Shown one piece after another: positions 9,405 through 22,054 of a stretch of 64,000 nucleotides of DNA. Made by a program: the position numbers and the translations under genes. The notes under the pieces were generated by a model that saw only the letters and a program-made list of their open reading frames with translations, ran no database searches and was not told the origin of the DNA. Source of the stretch: Candidatus Stammera capleta (GTDB lineage: Bacteria > Pseudomonadota > Gammaproteobacteria > Enterobacterales > Enterobacteriaceae). The DNA is taken from the NCBI GenBank assembly GCA_015134375.1, contig CP043980.1, forward strand, positions 96,384-160,383. Direction: 5' to 3'. Within the stretch, counting starts at the first letter, position 1. Each line of letters starts with the position of its first letter.

Positions 9405-11510
9405 TTAATATTTATATAAACTCAATCTCATTTTTTTTGTATTAATATCTATATTTAAAATTTTTACAAATATAAATTGACCAATTTTAAAAAATTTTAA
9501 ATTAATATTTATATTTCTTTTTAAAATTTCAGATTTATGTAATAAACTTTCCTTACCATTATCAAATAAAACAAAAATACCAAAATCTACTATCTTAATT
9601 ATTTTAACTTTATATATATTACCAATTTCTAAATCTTTAACTATATTTTTTATACTTTTTTTAACATTGTTAATATCAGTTTTTTTATTACAAATAACTT
9701 TTATAATACCATTATCTTCAACTTCAATTAAACAATTATTATCTTCTGTTAATTTTTTTATTACACAACCACGTTTACCTATAATATATTTTATTTTATT
9801 TACATCTACTTTAATATTAAATATTTTAGGTGCAAAAGGAGAAATTTTAATTTTTATATTTTTAATATATTCTTTCATTTTATCTAAAATATAAAATCTA
9901 GCTTTTTTTGATTTATATAAAGAATATTTTATAATATTTATATCTATATTTTTTATTTTCATATCCATTTGAAGAGCTGTAATTCCATTATAAGTACCTA
10001 TTACTTTTAAATCCATATCACCTAATCTATCTTCATCACCTATTATATCAGATAAAATAAAATTTTTTTTATTATGTCTAAATAAACCCATAGCTACACC
10101 AGAAACTAAATTTTTTATAGGGACACCAGCATCAATTAAAGATAAAGATGCTCCACAAACAGAAGCCATAGATGAAGAACCATTTGATTCTAAAATATCA
10201 GAAACTATTCTAATAGTATAAGGAAATTTATTAAAATCTGGTAAAATAGGTAATAAACCTTTTTTAGCTAAATAACCATGACCTATTTCTCTACGTTTAG
10301 GAACACCAATATTACCTACTTCACCTACAGAATAAGGAGGAAAATTATAATGAAAAATAAACTTATCTAATCTATCTCCTAAATATAAATCATTAAAATT
10401 TTGAGCATCTTTATTTGTACCTAATGTAACTGTAACTAATGCTTGAGTTTCACCTCTAGTAAATAAAGAAGAACCATGCACCCTTTTAGGTAAAAAACCT
10501 ATTTTAATATCTATATTTCTAATATCATCCTTTTTTCTCTTATCAATTCTAATACCACTATTAAATAAATTAAAAGTTACAATATTTTTTTCAAGTTTAT
10601 AAAATCTTTTTAAAACTAAATTTTCGTTAAAATCATATTTACAAAAAATTAAATCATTTAATAAATCATTTTTAATAATATTTAACTTTTTATTTCTATT
10701 ATTTTTAGATAAAAACAAAGAATATATATTTTCAATTTTATTTATACAAAAATTATCTATATGAAATTTTAAATCATTAGATATTTTATTATTTAAATAA
10801 GAAAAATCAAAATTAAATATTTTTTTATTTATATTAATACTAGAAAATAATTTTATATTATTAATAACTTTTAAATATTCTAAATAACCAAATTCTATAG
10901 AATTTAAAATAATATTTTCTTCTAAAACATCAGAAGAAGAATCTATTACAGTAATACCACTTTCTGTACCTGCTATTATTAAATTTAATTTACTAATATT
11001 CATTTCAGATAAAGTAGGATTCAAAACAAATTTATTATTTATATAACCTACTTTAGATGCACCTAAAATTTCAATATTAGGTATTCCTGATATACTTAAA
11101 ACAGCAGAAACAGCTATAATAGACAAAATATCTGCTGAAATTTGAGGATCAACTGAAATAACATTAACAACAATTTGAATTTCATTTAAAATATTTTTAT
11201 TAAATAATGGTCTAATAGATCTATCAATTAATCTTGAAATAATAATTTCAATATCACTAGATCTTCCTTCTCTTCTAAAAAAACTACCAGGAATTTTACC
11301 TATAGAATAAAACTTTTCTTGATAATAAACACTTAAAGGTAAAAATTGATTATCATTATTTAATTCATCATTACAAACTAACGTAACTATTACAACAGTA
11401 TCACCTATACTTGCTATAACAGAAGCAGTAGATTGTCTAGCAATTATATTTGTTTCTAATTTTATAATATAATTACCATATTTAAATTTAAAAACATTTT
11501 TATTCAACAA
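9405..11510 (-). CDS. pnp: polyribonucleotide nucleotidyltransferase (PNPase)
   Basis: A 701-aa intact ORF with two RNase PH domains (..FFRREGRSS.., ..SNGSSSMASVCGASLSLIDAGVP..) and C-terminal KH/S1 regions. It lies downstream of rpsO. Confidence 0.95.
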   Translation of the reverse strand: MLNKNVFKFKYGNYIIKLETNIIARQSTASVIASIGDTVVIVTLVCNDELNNDNQFLPLSVYYQEKFYSIGKIPGSFFRREGRSSDIEIIISRLIDRSIRPLFNKNILNEIQIVVNVISVDPQISADILSIIAVSAVLSISGIPNIEILGASKVGYINNKFVLNPTLSEMNISKLNLIIAGTESGITVIDSSSDVLEENIILNSIEFGYLEYLKVINNIKLFSSININKKIFNFDFSYLNNKISNDLKFHIDNFCINKIENIYSLFLSKNNRNKKLNIIKNDLLNDLIFCKYDFNENLVLKRFYKLEKNIVTFNLFNSGIRIDKRKKDDIRNIDIKIGFLPKRVHGSSLFTRGETQALVTVTLGTNKDAQNFNDLYLGDRLDKFIFHYNFPPYSVGEVGNIGVPKRREIGHGYLAKKGLLPILPDFNKFPYTIRIVSDILESNGSSSMASVCGASLSLIDAGVPIKNLVSGVAMGLFRHNKKNFILSDIIGDEDRLGDMDLKVIGTYNGITALQMDMKIKNIDINIIKYSLYKSKKARFYILDKMKEYIKNIKIKISPFAPKIFNIKVDVNKIKYIIGKRGCVIKKLTEDNNCLIEVEDNGIIKVICNKKTDINNVKKSIKNIVKDLEIGNIYKVKIIKIVDFGIFVLFDNGKESLLHKSEILKRNININLKFFKIGQFIFVKILNIDINTKKMRLSLYKY

Positions 11511-11540
11511 AATAAATTACCTTTTAAATTAATTATATTA

Positions 11541-11807
11541 TTAATTTCTAATTTTTAATTTATATAATAAATTATTATAACTTTTAAAATTTTTAATTTT
11601 TAAATAATTTAATAATCTACGCCTTTTAAAAATTAAATTTAATAAATTTTTTTTATTATGTAAATCTTTTTTATAAACTGAAAAATGAAATTTTAATTTA
11701 TTAATTTTAAAAGTTAAAAAAATAATTTGAAATTCTGTACAACCAATATTATTTAATTTATTATAATAATTAAAAACTTCTTTTTTATTATTAATATTAA
11801 AATTCAT
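11541..11807 (-). CDS. rpsO: 30S ribosomal protein S15
   Basis: ..HFSVYKKDLHNKKNLLNLIFKRRRLLNYLKIKNFKSYNNLLYKLKIRN aligns with E. coli S15 ..[33 protein letters not shown].. Confidence 0.9.
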   Translation of the reverse strand: MNFNINNKKEVFNYYNKLNNIGCTEFQIIFLTFKINKLKFHFSVYKKDLHNKKNLLNLIFKRRRLLNYLKIKNFKSYNNLLYKLKIRN

Positions 11808-11836
11808 AAAAAAATTCCTTAAATAAAATATTTTAT

Positions 11837-11864
11837 TATATAGCCTTTAAAAAAAGGCTATATA
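11837..11864 (-). terminator. hairpin just downstream of groEL (candidate terminator)
   Basis: Perfect 12-bp inverted repeat TATATAGCCTTT / AAAGGCTATATA with a 4-nt loop, starting 8 nt after the groEL stop. It is one of the few G/C-containing intergenic elements. There is no clean U-tract directly after the stem. Confidence 0.4.
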
Positions 11865-11871
11865 CAGAAAT

Positions 11872-13539
<1,668 letters not shown>

Positions 13540-13550
13540 TTATAAAAAAA

Positions 13551-13841
13551 TTAATCTATTATTGCTAATACATCACTTTCAGACATTATTAAAATTTCTT
13601 TATTATCTAATTTTTCTGTTTTAATATTATAACCATCATTAAAAATAATTAAATCACCTACTTTAACATCTAAAGGCTTAACTTTACCATTATCTAATAT
13701 ACGACCTTTTCCTACATATAAAACTTTTCCTTTATTTGATTTACCTGCGGCTGAACCAGTAAGAACTATACCACCTGATGATTTAGATTCAACACTTTTA
13801 CGTTTTACAATAATACGATCATGTAATGGACGAATTTTCAT
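13551..13841 (-). CDS. groES: co-chaperonin GroES
   Basis: [41 protein letters not shown] Shine-Dalgarno sequence upstream. Confidence 0.95.
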   Translation of the reverse strand: MKIRPLHDRIIVKRKSVESKSSGGIVLTGSAAGKSNKGKVLYVGKGRILDNGKVKPLDVKVGDLIIFNDGYNIKTEKLDNKEILIMSESDVLAIID

Positions 13842-13950
13842 TTATAAATACCTCTAAATTAATATTAATATTATTAATATTTTATAATAAATAATTATTA
13901 AATATTATAATAATAATAAATATATTTTAAAATTACAAATATGTTAATTA

Positions 13951-13979
13951 TTGACAAAATATATACAATAAATTAATAT
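13951..13979 (+). promoter_or_regulatory. candidate sigma70-type promoter upstream of cutA
   Basis: Perfect -35 TTGACA (13951-13956), a 17-nt spacer, then TAATAT (13974-13979), about 32 nt before the cutA ATG. -10-like hexamers are ubiquitous at this AT content, so only the TTGACA carries information. Confidence 0.3.
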
Positions 13980-14011
13980 GTAAATGTTTTAGATATAAAT
14001 AATAATTATAA

Positions 14012-14341
14012 ATGAATAAAAAAAAAAATAAAGTTATATTAATAATAACAAATATAATAAATAAAAAAAATAACATAAAAAAAATAAATAAAAAAATTAT
14101 AAAAAAAAAACTATCATGTTGTATTAATTATAATAATATTAAATCATATTTTATATGAAAAAATAAAATTAATAAAATAAAAGAAACACAAATTATAATT
14201 AAAACTTTTAAATATTTAAAAAATAAAATAATTAATATAATTAAAAAAAATCATACATATAAAATACCAATTATTTATACAATTAATATAAAATATATAA
14301 ATAAAAAATATTTAAATTGAATGAAAAATATATTAAAATAA
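14012..14341 (+). CDS. cutA: divalent-cation tolerance protein CutA
   Basis: Not in the ORF track (two in-frame TGA). The translation ..KKLSCCINYNNIKSYFIWKNKINKIKETQIIIKTFKYLKNKIINIIKKNHTYKIPIIYTINIKYINKKYLNWMKNILK aligns with E. coli CutA (..[46 protein letters not shown]..YLSWL). Both TGAs fall on the conserved Trp residues. Confidence 0.75.
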
Positions 14342-14348
14342 TCTTAAA

Positions 14349-14421
14349 GCCCAGATAGCTCAGTAGGTAGAGCAAAGGACTGAAAATCCTTGTGTCGGTG
14401 GTTCAATTCCGCCTCTGGGCA
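14349..14421 (+). tRNA. tRNA-Phe (anticodon GAA)
   Basis: GCCCAGATAGCTCAGTAGGTAGAGCAAAGGACTGAAAATCCTTGTGTCGGTGGTTCAATTCCGCCTCTGGGCA. Anticodon stem AAGGA/TCCTT, loop CTGAAAA. No encoded CCA. Confidence 0.9.
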
Positions 14422-14472
14422 ATAAATAATAAATAAAATAATAAATTAAATTAATAACAATTTATTTATTAA

Positions 14473-16191
14473 TTAATATTTAAAATTTTTATTTAAAATA
14501 TATTTAATTTCATTAATAGTTTTTTTATTTAAAACTTTATCAACTAATTTTTTACAAGAAGACATATAAGAACTACGTATTATATTTTTAACACTTGGAA
14601 TATAACTTACATTCATACTTAATTCATCTAAACCTAATCCTAATAATAATCTTGTTGATTTTAAATCACTTGCTAATTCACCACACATACCTATTTTTTT
14701 GTTTTTTTCATGAACAGAATTAATAGTATATTTTATTAAATTTAAAACAGAAGGAGATAAAGGATTATATAAATTAGAAACTTTAAGATTATTTCTATCA
14801 ACAGCTAAAATAAATTGAGTTAAATCATTAGTTCCAATACTAAAAAAATCCATTTCATCAGCAATATGACTAGATATAACACAAGAAGATGGTGTTTCTA
14901 TCATAGCTCCTATTTTTATCTTATTATCATAATTAATATTATTTTTATTAAAATAAAATTTAATTTTATTAATTTGATCTTTAATAAAATATACTTCTTC
15001 CATAGAAATAATCATAGGAAATAAAATTCTAACTTTACCATATATAGAAGCTCTAAATATAGCTTTTAATTGAGTTTCTAATATATCTTTTCTATCTTTA
15101 TATATTCTTATAGATCTTCATCCTAAAAATGGTACATTTTCTTTAGGAAAATCCATATAAGATAAAAACTTATCACCTCCTAAATCTACGGTCCTTATAG
15201 TAACTACTTTATTGTTCATTGATTTAATTATTTTTTTATATGATAAAAATTGTTCATTTTCATTAGGAAAATTATTTCTATCCATAAATAAAAATTCAGT
15301 TCTATATAAACCTATACCTTCAGATCCATATTTAAATATATTACTAATATCATTATTATTACTTATATTAGATAATAATTTAATTTTATAACCATCATAA
15401 GTAATTGCAGATAAATTTTTTAGTTTTAATAAATTTTTTTTATTTTTTTTTAATATATTATATTTTTTTTTTAATTTATATAAAATATTTTCTTTAGGAT
15501 TTACATATATTAAATTCTTAACACCATCTATAATAATATAATCATTATTTTTAATATATTTTGTTGCTTTTTTTACACCTAAAACTGATACTAATTCCAT
15601 AGATTTAGATATTATAGAACTATGAGATGTAATACTTCCTTTTTCTATAATAAACCCTGATATTTTATTTAAATCAAATTGTATAATTTGAGAAGGAGAT
15701 AAATCATTAGAAACTATAATAGTTTTATCTTTAAAAATAAATGAATTTAAATCTACTAATTCTATATTTTTAACATTATATATCAATCTTTTACTTATAT
15801 CTAAAAGATCATTTATTCTTTCTTTAATATAAGAATTATTAGAATTATTAATATCATTTATTTGTTTTTTAATAACTTTATGTATAGCTAATTCAGATTT
15901 AAATAAATTATTTTTAATTAAATTAATAATATTTTTTTTAAAAATATCATCTTTTAATATTAATATATAACCTTCAAATAATAATTTTCTATCTTTATTA
16001 TTAGAAGATAATTTTTTTATTTTATTTAATTGATTTAAAGTTTTTTTATAAGAATCATTAAAACAATCTATTTCTTTATCTATATCATCTGATTTTATTA
16101 ACTTCTTACTAATTTTAATTTTTTTTTCTTTTAATAAAAATGCTTTACCAAATGAATAACCGTTATATATAGTAACACCATTTAATAACAT
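14473..16191 (-). CDS. ptsI: phosphoenolpyruvate-protein phosphotransferase (PTS Enzyme I)
   Basis: Track ORFs 15118..16191 and 14473..15015 share one frame (1719 nt total). They join through TGA 15118-15120 in ..ENVPFLG-W-RSIRIY.., the conserved EI NPFLGWR motif. Also present: GSITSHSSIISKS (active-site His region), GLYRTEFLF, MIETPS, FFSIGTNDLTQ. Confidence 0.9.
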
Positions 16192-16257
16192 AAATATACC
16201 TTTAACTTAAAAATTAAGTTTAAATATTTAAAAAAATTAATTTAAATAATAAAACTA

Positions 16258-16515
16258 TTAATTTAATTTATTCATTAATTTATATAATTTATTTATAGCA
16301 TACAATTCATCTTTACCATTAGCTTTTATATAAATAATGTCATTTTTAGAAATCCCTAATGTTTGAATTTGTAATAAACTTTTAGCATCTACTTCCTTAT
16401 TTTTAAATTTAATTTTTATTTCAGAATTAAATTTTTTAGCTAATTTTACAAATTTAGTTGCAGGTCTTATATGAAAACCATTATCTAAATTTATTAAAAT
16501 TTTTTTCTTAATCAT
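16258..16515 (-). CDS. ptsH: phosphocarrier protein HPr
   Basis: An 85-aa ORF with NGFHIRPATKFV (His15 site) and VDAKSLLQIQTLGI (Ser46 region). It lies directly upstream of ptsI. Confidence 0.9.
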   Translation of the reverse strand: MIKKKILINLDNGFHIRPATKFVKLAKKFNSEIKIKFKNKEVDAKSLLQIQTLGISKNDIIYIKANGKDELYAINKLYKLMNKLN

Positions 16516-16719
16516 TTATATAAACCTCTATAATAATATATTATATTTAAATAATAAAAAAATAATTTAAATTAACAAAAATTAACTTTACGTAACATAA
16601 AATATATTCTAACATAATAAAAAAATTATTAATTATTATTTTTTTAATATAATAATATTAATATTTAAAATACAATACTAAATATATCTAATAAATAAAA
16701 TTATTAATAGAGAAATAAA

Positions 16720-17751
16720 ATGATAAAAAAAATATTTTTAATAATAATAACATTTTTTACAATAAATAAAAATTTATATTCAAAAGAAATAATAACAAAA
16801 AATTATTTATTAAATTATAATAATAATATATATTTAGGTGCAAAAATAGGATTATCTAATTTCATGAATTTAAAAAATTTAGATAATAATTTTAAAATAA
16901 TAAATACAAAAATAGATAGAAATAAAATAGGATTTGAAAATTTCATAGGTTATAAAATAAATAATATTTTAAATTTTGAATTAGGATACCAAAATTTAGG
17001 TAAAGCATTAAAAAAAGGAAAATTTATAAATGGATATTTTAAAACTAAAGGAATAACATTATCTAATAAAATAAATTACAATTTATCACCTAAAATTAAT
17101 ATTTATAGTAAATTAGGATGAATAATATTAAAATCTACATCTGAAAAAATAAATATTATTAATAATACTAAAGATTATATTTCTTATAAAAAAATATCAC
17201 CTTTAACTTCTATAGGAATGGAATATAAATTAAATAATAATTTTAATACTAGATTAGATTATCAATTTATATATAATTTAGGTCAAAAAAATATATTTCA
17301 TGAAGAACCTAATAATAATTTACTAACAATAAGTTTAATTTATAATTTAAATAAAGAAAATTCAGATATAATTGTTAAAAATAATAATAATTTTAATAAT
17401 TTTAATAAAACAAAAAATATTAATTTTGGTATAAATTATTTTAAAAATATTTTTTATTTTATAAAAAAAAAAAATTCAATAATTAAATATATAAAAATTA
17501 AAAATATCAATAAAAATAATAAAATTTTATATAAAAGTAATATTATATATTTAAATATAAAAAATATAATTAAAAAAATAGCTAATAAAAAAAAATATTT
17601 AAATTTAATTAAATTTAATTATAATATAAATAATTATAAAAAATTTAAATGTAATAAATTTAAAAATAAAAATAATAAATTATATAATAAATGTTTAAAT
17701 TATTTAGATAATAAAATATTTATAAAAATTTATATTAAAAGAAATATATAA
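16720..17751 (+). CDS. ompA: OmpA-like outer membrane protein (8-strand barrel plus degenerate C-terminal domain)
   Basis: Track ORFs 16720..17121 and 17218..17751 share one frame and join via TGA 17119-17121 and intervening sense codons. Signal-like N-terminus. Barrel strands align to E. coli OmpA (YLGAKIGLSNF / GFENFIGYKINNILNFELGYQNLGK / SPLTSIGMEYKLNNNFNTRLDYQFI / NNNLLTISLIYNL). The C-terminus keeps a Cys..Cys pair (KCNKFKNKNNKLYNKCLNYLDNKIFIKIYIK versus E. coli [27 protein letters not shown]). Confidence 0.7.
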
Positions 17752-17778
17752 TTAATTTAAAATTAATTTATTTATTTT

Positions 17779-17825
17779 AAACCACTTACTTATATTTATT
17801 TATAATAAAAAAAATTAAGTGGTTT
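17779..17825. terminator. inverted repeat between convergent ompA-like and exonuclease genes
   Basis: AAACCACTTA (17779-17788) pairs perfectly with TAAGTGGTTT (17816-17825). The loop is long (27 nt, all A/T), so a terminator function is uncertain. It overlaps the code-4 3' end of the exonuclease gene. Confidence 0.3.
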
Positions 17826-18642
17826 TTAATATTTTTATTAATAAATTTTTATTAATAATAAATTTATTAATATTTAATTTAATTTTAAAATTATCAATAA
17901 AACTTACTAATCTATATCATATTCTTATATTTTTGTAATTATTTTTTAAATTATCTATAATTTTTGATTTTATTCCTAAATTATATAATTTTTCTATATT
18001 AGAATATATATTATATATATCTCCTATATTTCTTAATATTTTTAATGCTATCTTATTACCTATTCCTTTTATACCTGGTATATTATCACTTTTATCACCA
18101 CATAAAACTAAAAAATCTTTTAACATATATGGATATATTCCATATTTTTTATATACATTTTTAGTATTAAATATTTTATTTATTGAAGTATATAAAAATA
18201 CATTATTCGATATTAATTGTATATAATCTTTATCATATGATAATATATATATGTTAATAAATTTGAATAATTTATTTAACTTTTTTATTATATAACTTAT
18301 CACATCATCACATTCAAATTTTTGTAAACATATAAATTTTATATTAAATTTTTTAAGTTTATTTATTATATAATTAATATATAATAAAAAATTTTTAGAA
18401 CATTTTTTTCTATTAGACTTATATTTATGAAATATTTTTTTTCTATAATTATTTTTATTCTTATCGTCAAAAACAAATATAATATAATTAGGAAATATTT
18501 TTAAGTATCTAAAATATATCATTTTTATAAAAACATTAAATGATTTTTTTAAATTTTTTATTTTTTTTTTATAATTTATAACATAATATGATTTATAAGC
18601 AAATAATGTAGAATCAATTATAAATACTTTTTCATATTTCAT
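17815..18642 (-). CDS. stand-alone 5'-3' exonuclease (Pol I N-terminal / FEN-like domain)
   Basis: FIIDSTLFAYKSYY, VFDDKNKNNYRKKIFHKYKSNRKK, ECDDVISY, ILSYDKDYIQL, LCGDKSDNIPGIKGIGNKIALKIL (H3TH). The track ORF ends at TGA 17917-17919. With code 4 it extends 34 codons (that Trp plus 33 more) to TAA 17815-17817. No polymerase domain follows. Confidence 0.8.
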
Positions 18643-19039
<397 letters not shown>

Positions 19040-20947
19040 ATGTTTAATATAAAATATGATTTTGAAGTTATAATAATTGGAGGAGGTCATGCGGGTGTAG
19101 AAGCATCTTATATTCTTTCTAAAAAAAAATGTAATATTTTATTGATTACTTTTAGTAAAGATAAGATTTCTGAATTATCTTGTAATCCTTCTATAGGAGG
19201 TTTAGGTAAAAGTATTTTAGTAAAAGAAATAGATGTTTTAGGTGGTTTAATGGGTAAAGTAGTGGATTTATCAGGTATAAATTATAAAACTTTAAATAAG
19301 AGTAAAGGTTATTCTGTAAGAGCTACTAGAGTTCAAGTAGATAAGGATATATATAAATTTAATATTATTAAATATTTAAAAAATCAATGTAAATATTTAA
19401 CTATATTAGAAGATGAAGTTGTATCTTTAATTATTAGGAATAAAATTGTATATGGAGTTAAATGTATTAAGTTTGGTAATATTTATTCTAAATATGTTAT
19501 TTTATGTACTGGAACTTTTTTGGATTCTAAAATATTTATAGGTAATAATATATATGAGGGGGGTAGGTTAAATGATTTTAATTCTAAAGAATTGTCTATA
19601 TTTTTAAAAAAATATTTTAAATATGGTTATTTAAAAACTGGTACACCTCCTAGATTATTAAAGAAATCTATAGATTTTAATTTTTTTGAAAAACAAGTTA
19701 GTGATTTAAATTTAGTTTCTAAATTTTCTTTTTTTAGTAGTTTAAGGAATATATCTTCGTTATTACAAAAAAATTGTTATTTATCTAAAACTAGTAATAA
19801 TACATATAAAATAATTAATAAATATTTAATTAAAAGTCCTTTATTTAAAATTAATATAAATTCTAAAGGTCCTAGATATTGTCCTTCTTTAGAAGAAAAA
19901 ATAGTAAGATTTAAAGATAAAAAAAAACATAATATTTTTTTAGAACCTGAAAAAATAGATGGAGATTTAATATATCCTAATGGATTATCTATGTGTTTTT
20001 CTTTAAATATTCAAAAAAAAATTATTAATTCTATAAAAGGTATGTATAATACTAAAATAATTTTTCCAGCTTATGCAGTAAAATATATGTATTTAGATCC
20101 TATATTTTTAAATAAAAATTTAGAAAGTAAAATTATTAAAAATTTATTTATAGCTGGTCAAATAAATGGTACAACAGGTTATGAAGAAGCTGCAGCTCAA
20201 GGTTTGTTATCTGGTATTTTTTGTTATTTAAAAATAAAAAAGAAAAATATTAGTTTTTTTAATTTAAATAGATTAAATTCTTATATTGGTGTTTTAATTG
20301 ATGATATATGTACTAAGGGTATTAATGAACCTTATAGAATATTTAATTCTAGATCTGAATATAGTTTATTTATTAGGGAGGATAATACTGATATTAGATT
20401 ATTTTCTATATCTAATAATATAAAGTTAATTAGTTCAAAAAAATTAAAATTTTTAAAAAATAAAAAAAAGGAAATAAAAAATATATTTTTTTATTTAAAA
20501 AATAAAAAAATTAATTTTAAGAGTTTACCTTTATTTATAAAAAAAAAATTTAAAAAAAATAAGAAAATTAATATTAAATCTTTAATTTGTAATAAATTAA
20601 TAAGTTTTAATAAATTGAAATATTATTTATTTAAAAATAAAAATAAATTTTTATATAGTAAGTTTTTAAAAGAAGTTAAAATTTTATTTATATATGAAGG
20701 TTATTTAAAGAAACAAAAATTAGATTTATTAAAATATAAAATTTATGAAAATATATTTTTACCTAAAAATATAGATTATAATAAAATATATGGTTTGTCT
20801 AAAGAAGTTATTGAAATATTAAATTATTATAAGCCAAATTTTTTAGGTCAGATATTAAGGATTTCTGGAATTACACCTATATCTTTAATAATAATTTATT
20901 TTTATTTAAAAAAAAATAATTTATTATTTAAAAAATATATAAAATAA
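19040..20947 (+). CDS. mnmG: tRNA uridine 5-carboxymethylaminomethyl modification enzyme MnmG (GidA)
   Basis: A 635-aa intact ORF with FEVIIIGGGHAGVEAS (FAD site), SCNPSIGGLGKS, GPRYCPSLEEK, AGQINGTTGYEEAAAQGL. Confidence 0.95.
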   Translation: MFNIKYDFEVIIIGGGHAGVEASYILSKKKCNILLITFSKDKISELSCNPSIGGLGKSILVKEIDVLGGLMGKVVDLSGINYKTLNKSKGYSVRATRVQVDKDIYKFNIIKYLKNQCKYLTILEDEVVSLIIRNKIVYGVKCIKFGNIYSKYVILCTGTFLDSKIFIGNNIYEGGRLNDFNSKELSIFLKKYFKYGYLKTGTPPRLLKKSIDFNFFEKQVSDLNLVSKFSFFSSLRNISSLLQKNCYLSKTSNNTYKIINKYLIKSPLFKININSKGPRYCPSLEEKIVRFKDKKKHNIFLEPEKIDGDLIYPNGLSMCFSLNIQKKIINSIKGMYNTKIIFPAYAVKYMYLDPIFLNKNLESKIIKNLFIAGQINGTTGYEEAAAQGLLSGIFCYLKIKKKNISFFNLNRLNSYIGVLIDDICTKGINEPYRIFNSRSEYSLFIREDNTDIRLFSISNNIKLISSKKLKFLKNKKKEIKNIFFYLKNKKINFKSLPLFIKKKFKKNKKINIKSLICNKLISFNKLKYYLFKNKNKFLYSKFLKEVKILFIYEGYLKKQKLDLLKYKIYENIFLPKNIDYNKIYGLSKEVIEILNYYKPNFLGQILRISGITPISLIIIYFYLKKNNLLFKKYIK

Positions 20948-20993
20948 AATTATTTTATATATTTTTTAATATTTTTTTATAATTTTAGTATTT

Positions 20994-21770
20994 ATGAATA
21001 TAATTAGTAATCATTTAAAACATTTTTGTTTTAATTTATTTTATTTTAAATTATTAAATAATAATAATTATGTAAATTCATTTTTTAATATTAATATAGA
21101 TTCTTTATTAATATCTTTTTTATTATATATTTTAATTTTATTTGTATTTATATATTTTTTATTTGAAGTTAAATATTATAAATTACCTAATAAGATTGTT
21201 ATTTTTTTAGAATTAATTTTATTATTTGTATTAAAAAATATAAAAAAAATTAATGGTAAAAAAGATAAATATATATTTTCTTTATCTTTTTTAGTTTTTA
21301 ATTGAATATTTTTAATGAATTTGATGGGTTTATTTCCTATTAATATTATTAATTATTTTTTAAAAATATTTTTTAATATAGATAATTTTAAAATTGTACC
21401 TTCTTCTGATATAAATATTACTTTATCTATATCATTTTGTGTATTATTATATATATTTATATATAAAATTTTTAAAAAAGGTTTTATGAATATATTAGAA
21501 GATATTTTATTTAGTCCATTTAATAATAAATTATTTATATTTTTTAATATTTTATTAGAAGTAATAAATATTTTTTCTAAGTTGTTATCTTTATCATTAA
21601 GGTTATTTGGTAATATTTATTCTGGTGAAATAATATTTATTATATTATTATTTATTTCTCCATTATGATTACAATTCTTTTTTTTATTACCTTGATCTTT
21701 TTTACATATATTTATATCTTTTTTACAATCTTATATATATATGATATTAACTATAATATATTTTAACTAA
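20994..21770 (+). CDS. atpB: F0F1 ATP synthase subunit a
   Basis: Track ORFs 20994..21305 and 21315..21668 share one frame and join by TGA. The frame continues through TGA 21666-21668 to TAA 21768-21770. It contains LSLRLFGNIYSGE (the conserved a-subunit Arg motif). No atpI or rsmG lies between mnmG and atpB. Confidence 0.85.
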
Positions 21771-21797
21771 TTTGTTTTTATTTAAATATTTTGGTGA

Positions 21798-22037
<240 letters not shown>

Positions 22038-22054
22038 TTTTAATATAATATTTT

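Noticed and set aside
14473-16191. Many housekeeping genes (ptsI, dnaE, proS, rpoD, metG, dnaG, valS, atpB and others) look fragmented into 2-4 ORFs, or are missing from the ORF track altogether. This could be read as massive pseudogenisation.
   Set aside because: The fragments are always in the same frame and are separated only by TGA. Those TGAs align with conserved Trp residues. Under table 4 the genes are intact. Only pepA has a genuine frame change.
16516-16719. The 204-bp divergent gap between ptsH and the ompA-like gene. I also checked the other gaps of more than 100 bp (13842-14011, 37792-37944, 59162-59260) for small RNAs or riboswitches.
   Set aside because: They contain almost only A/T, with no G/C-anchored helices or conserved RNA motifs that I can recognise. 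They are most simply promoter regions.
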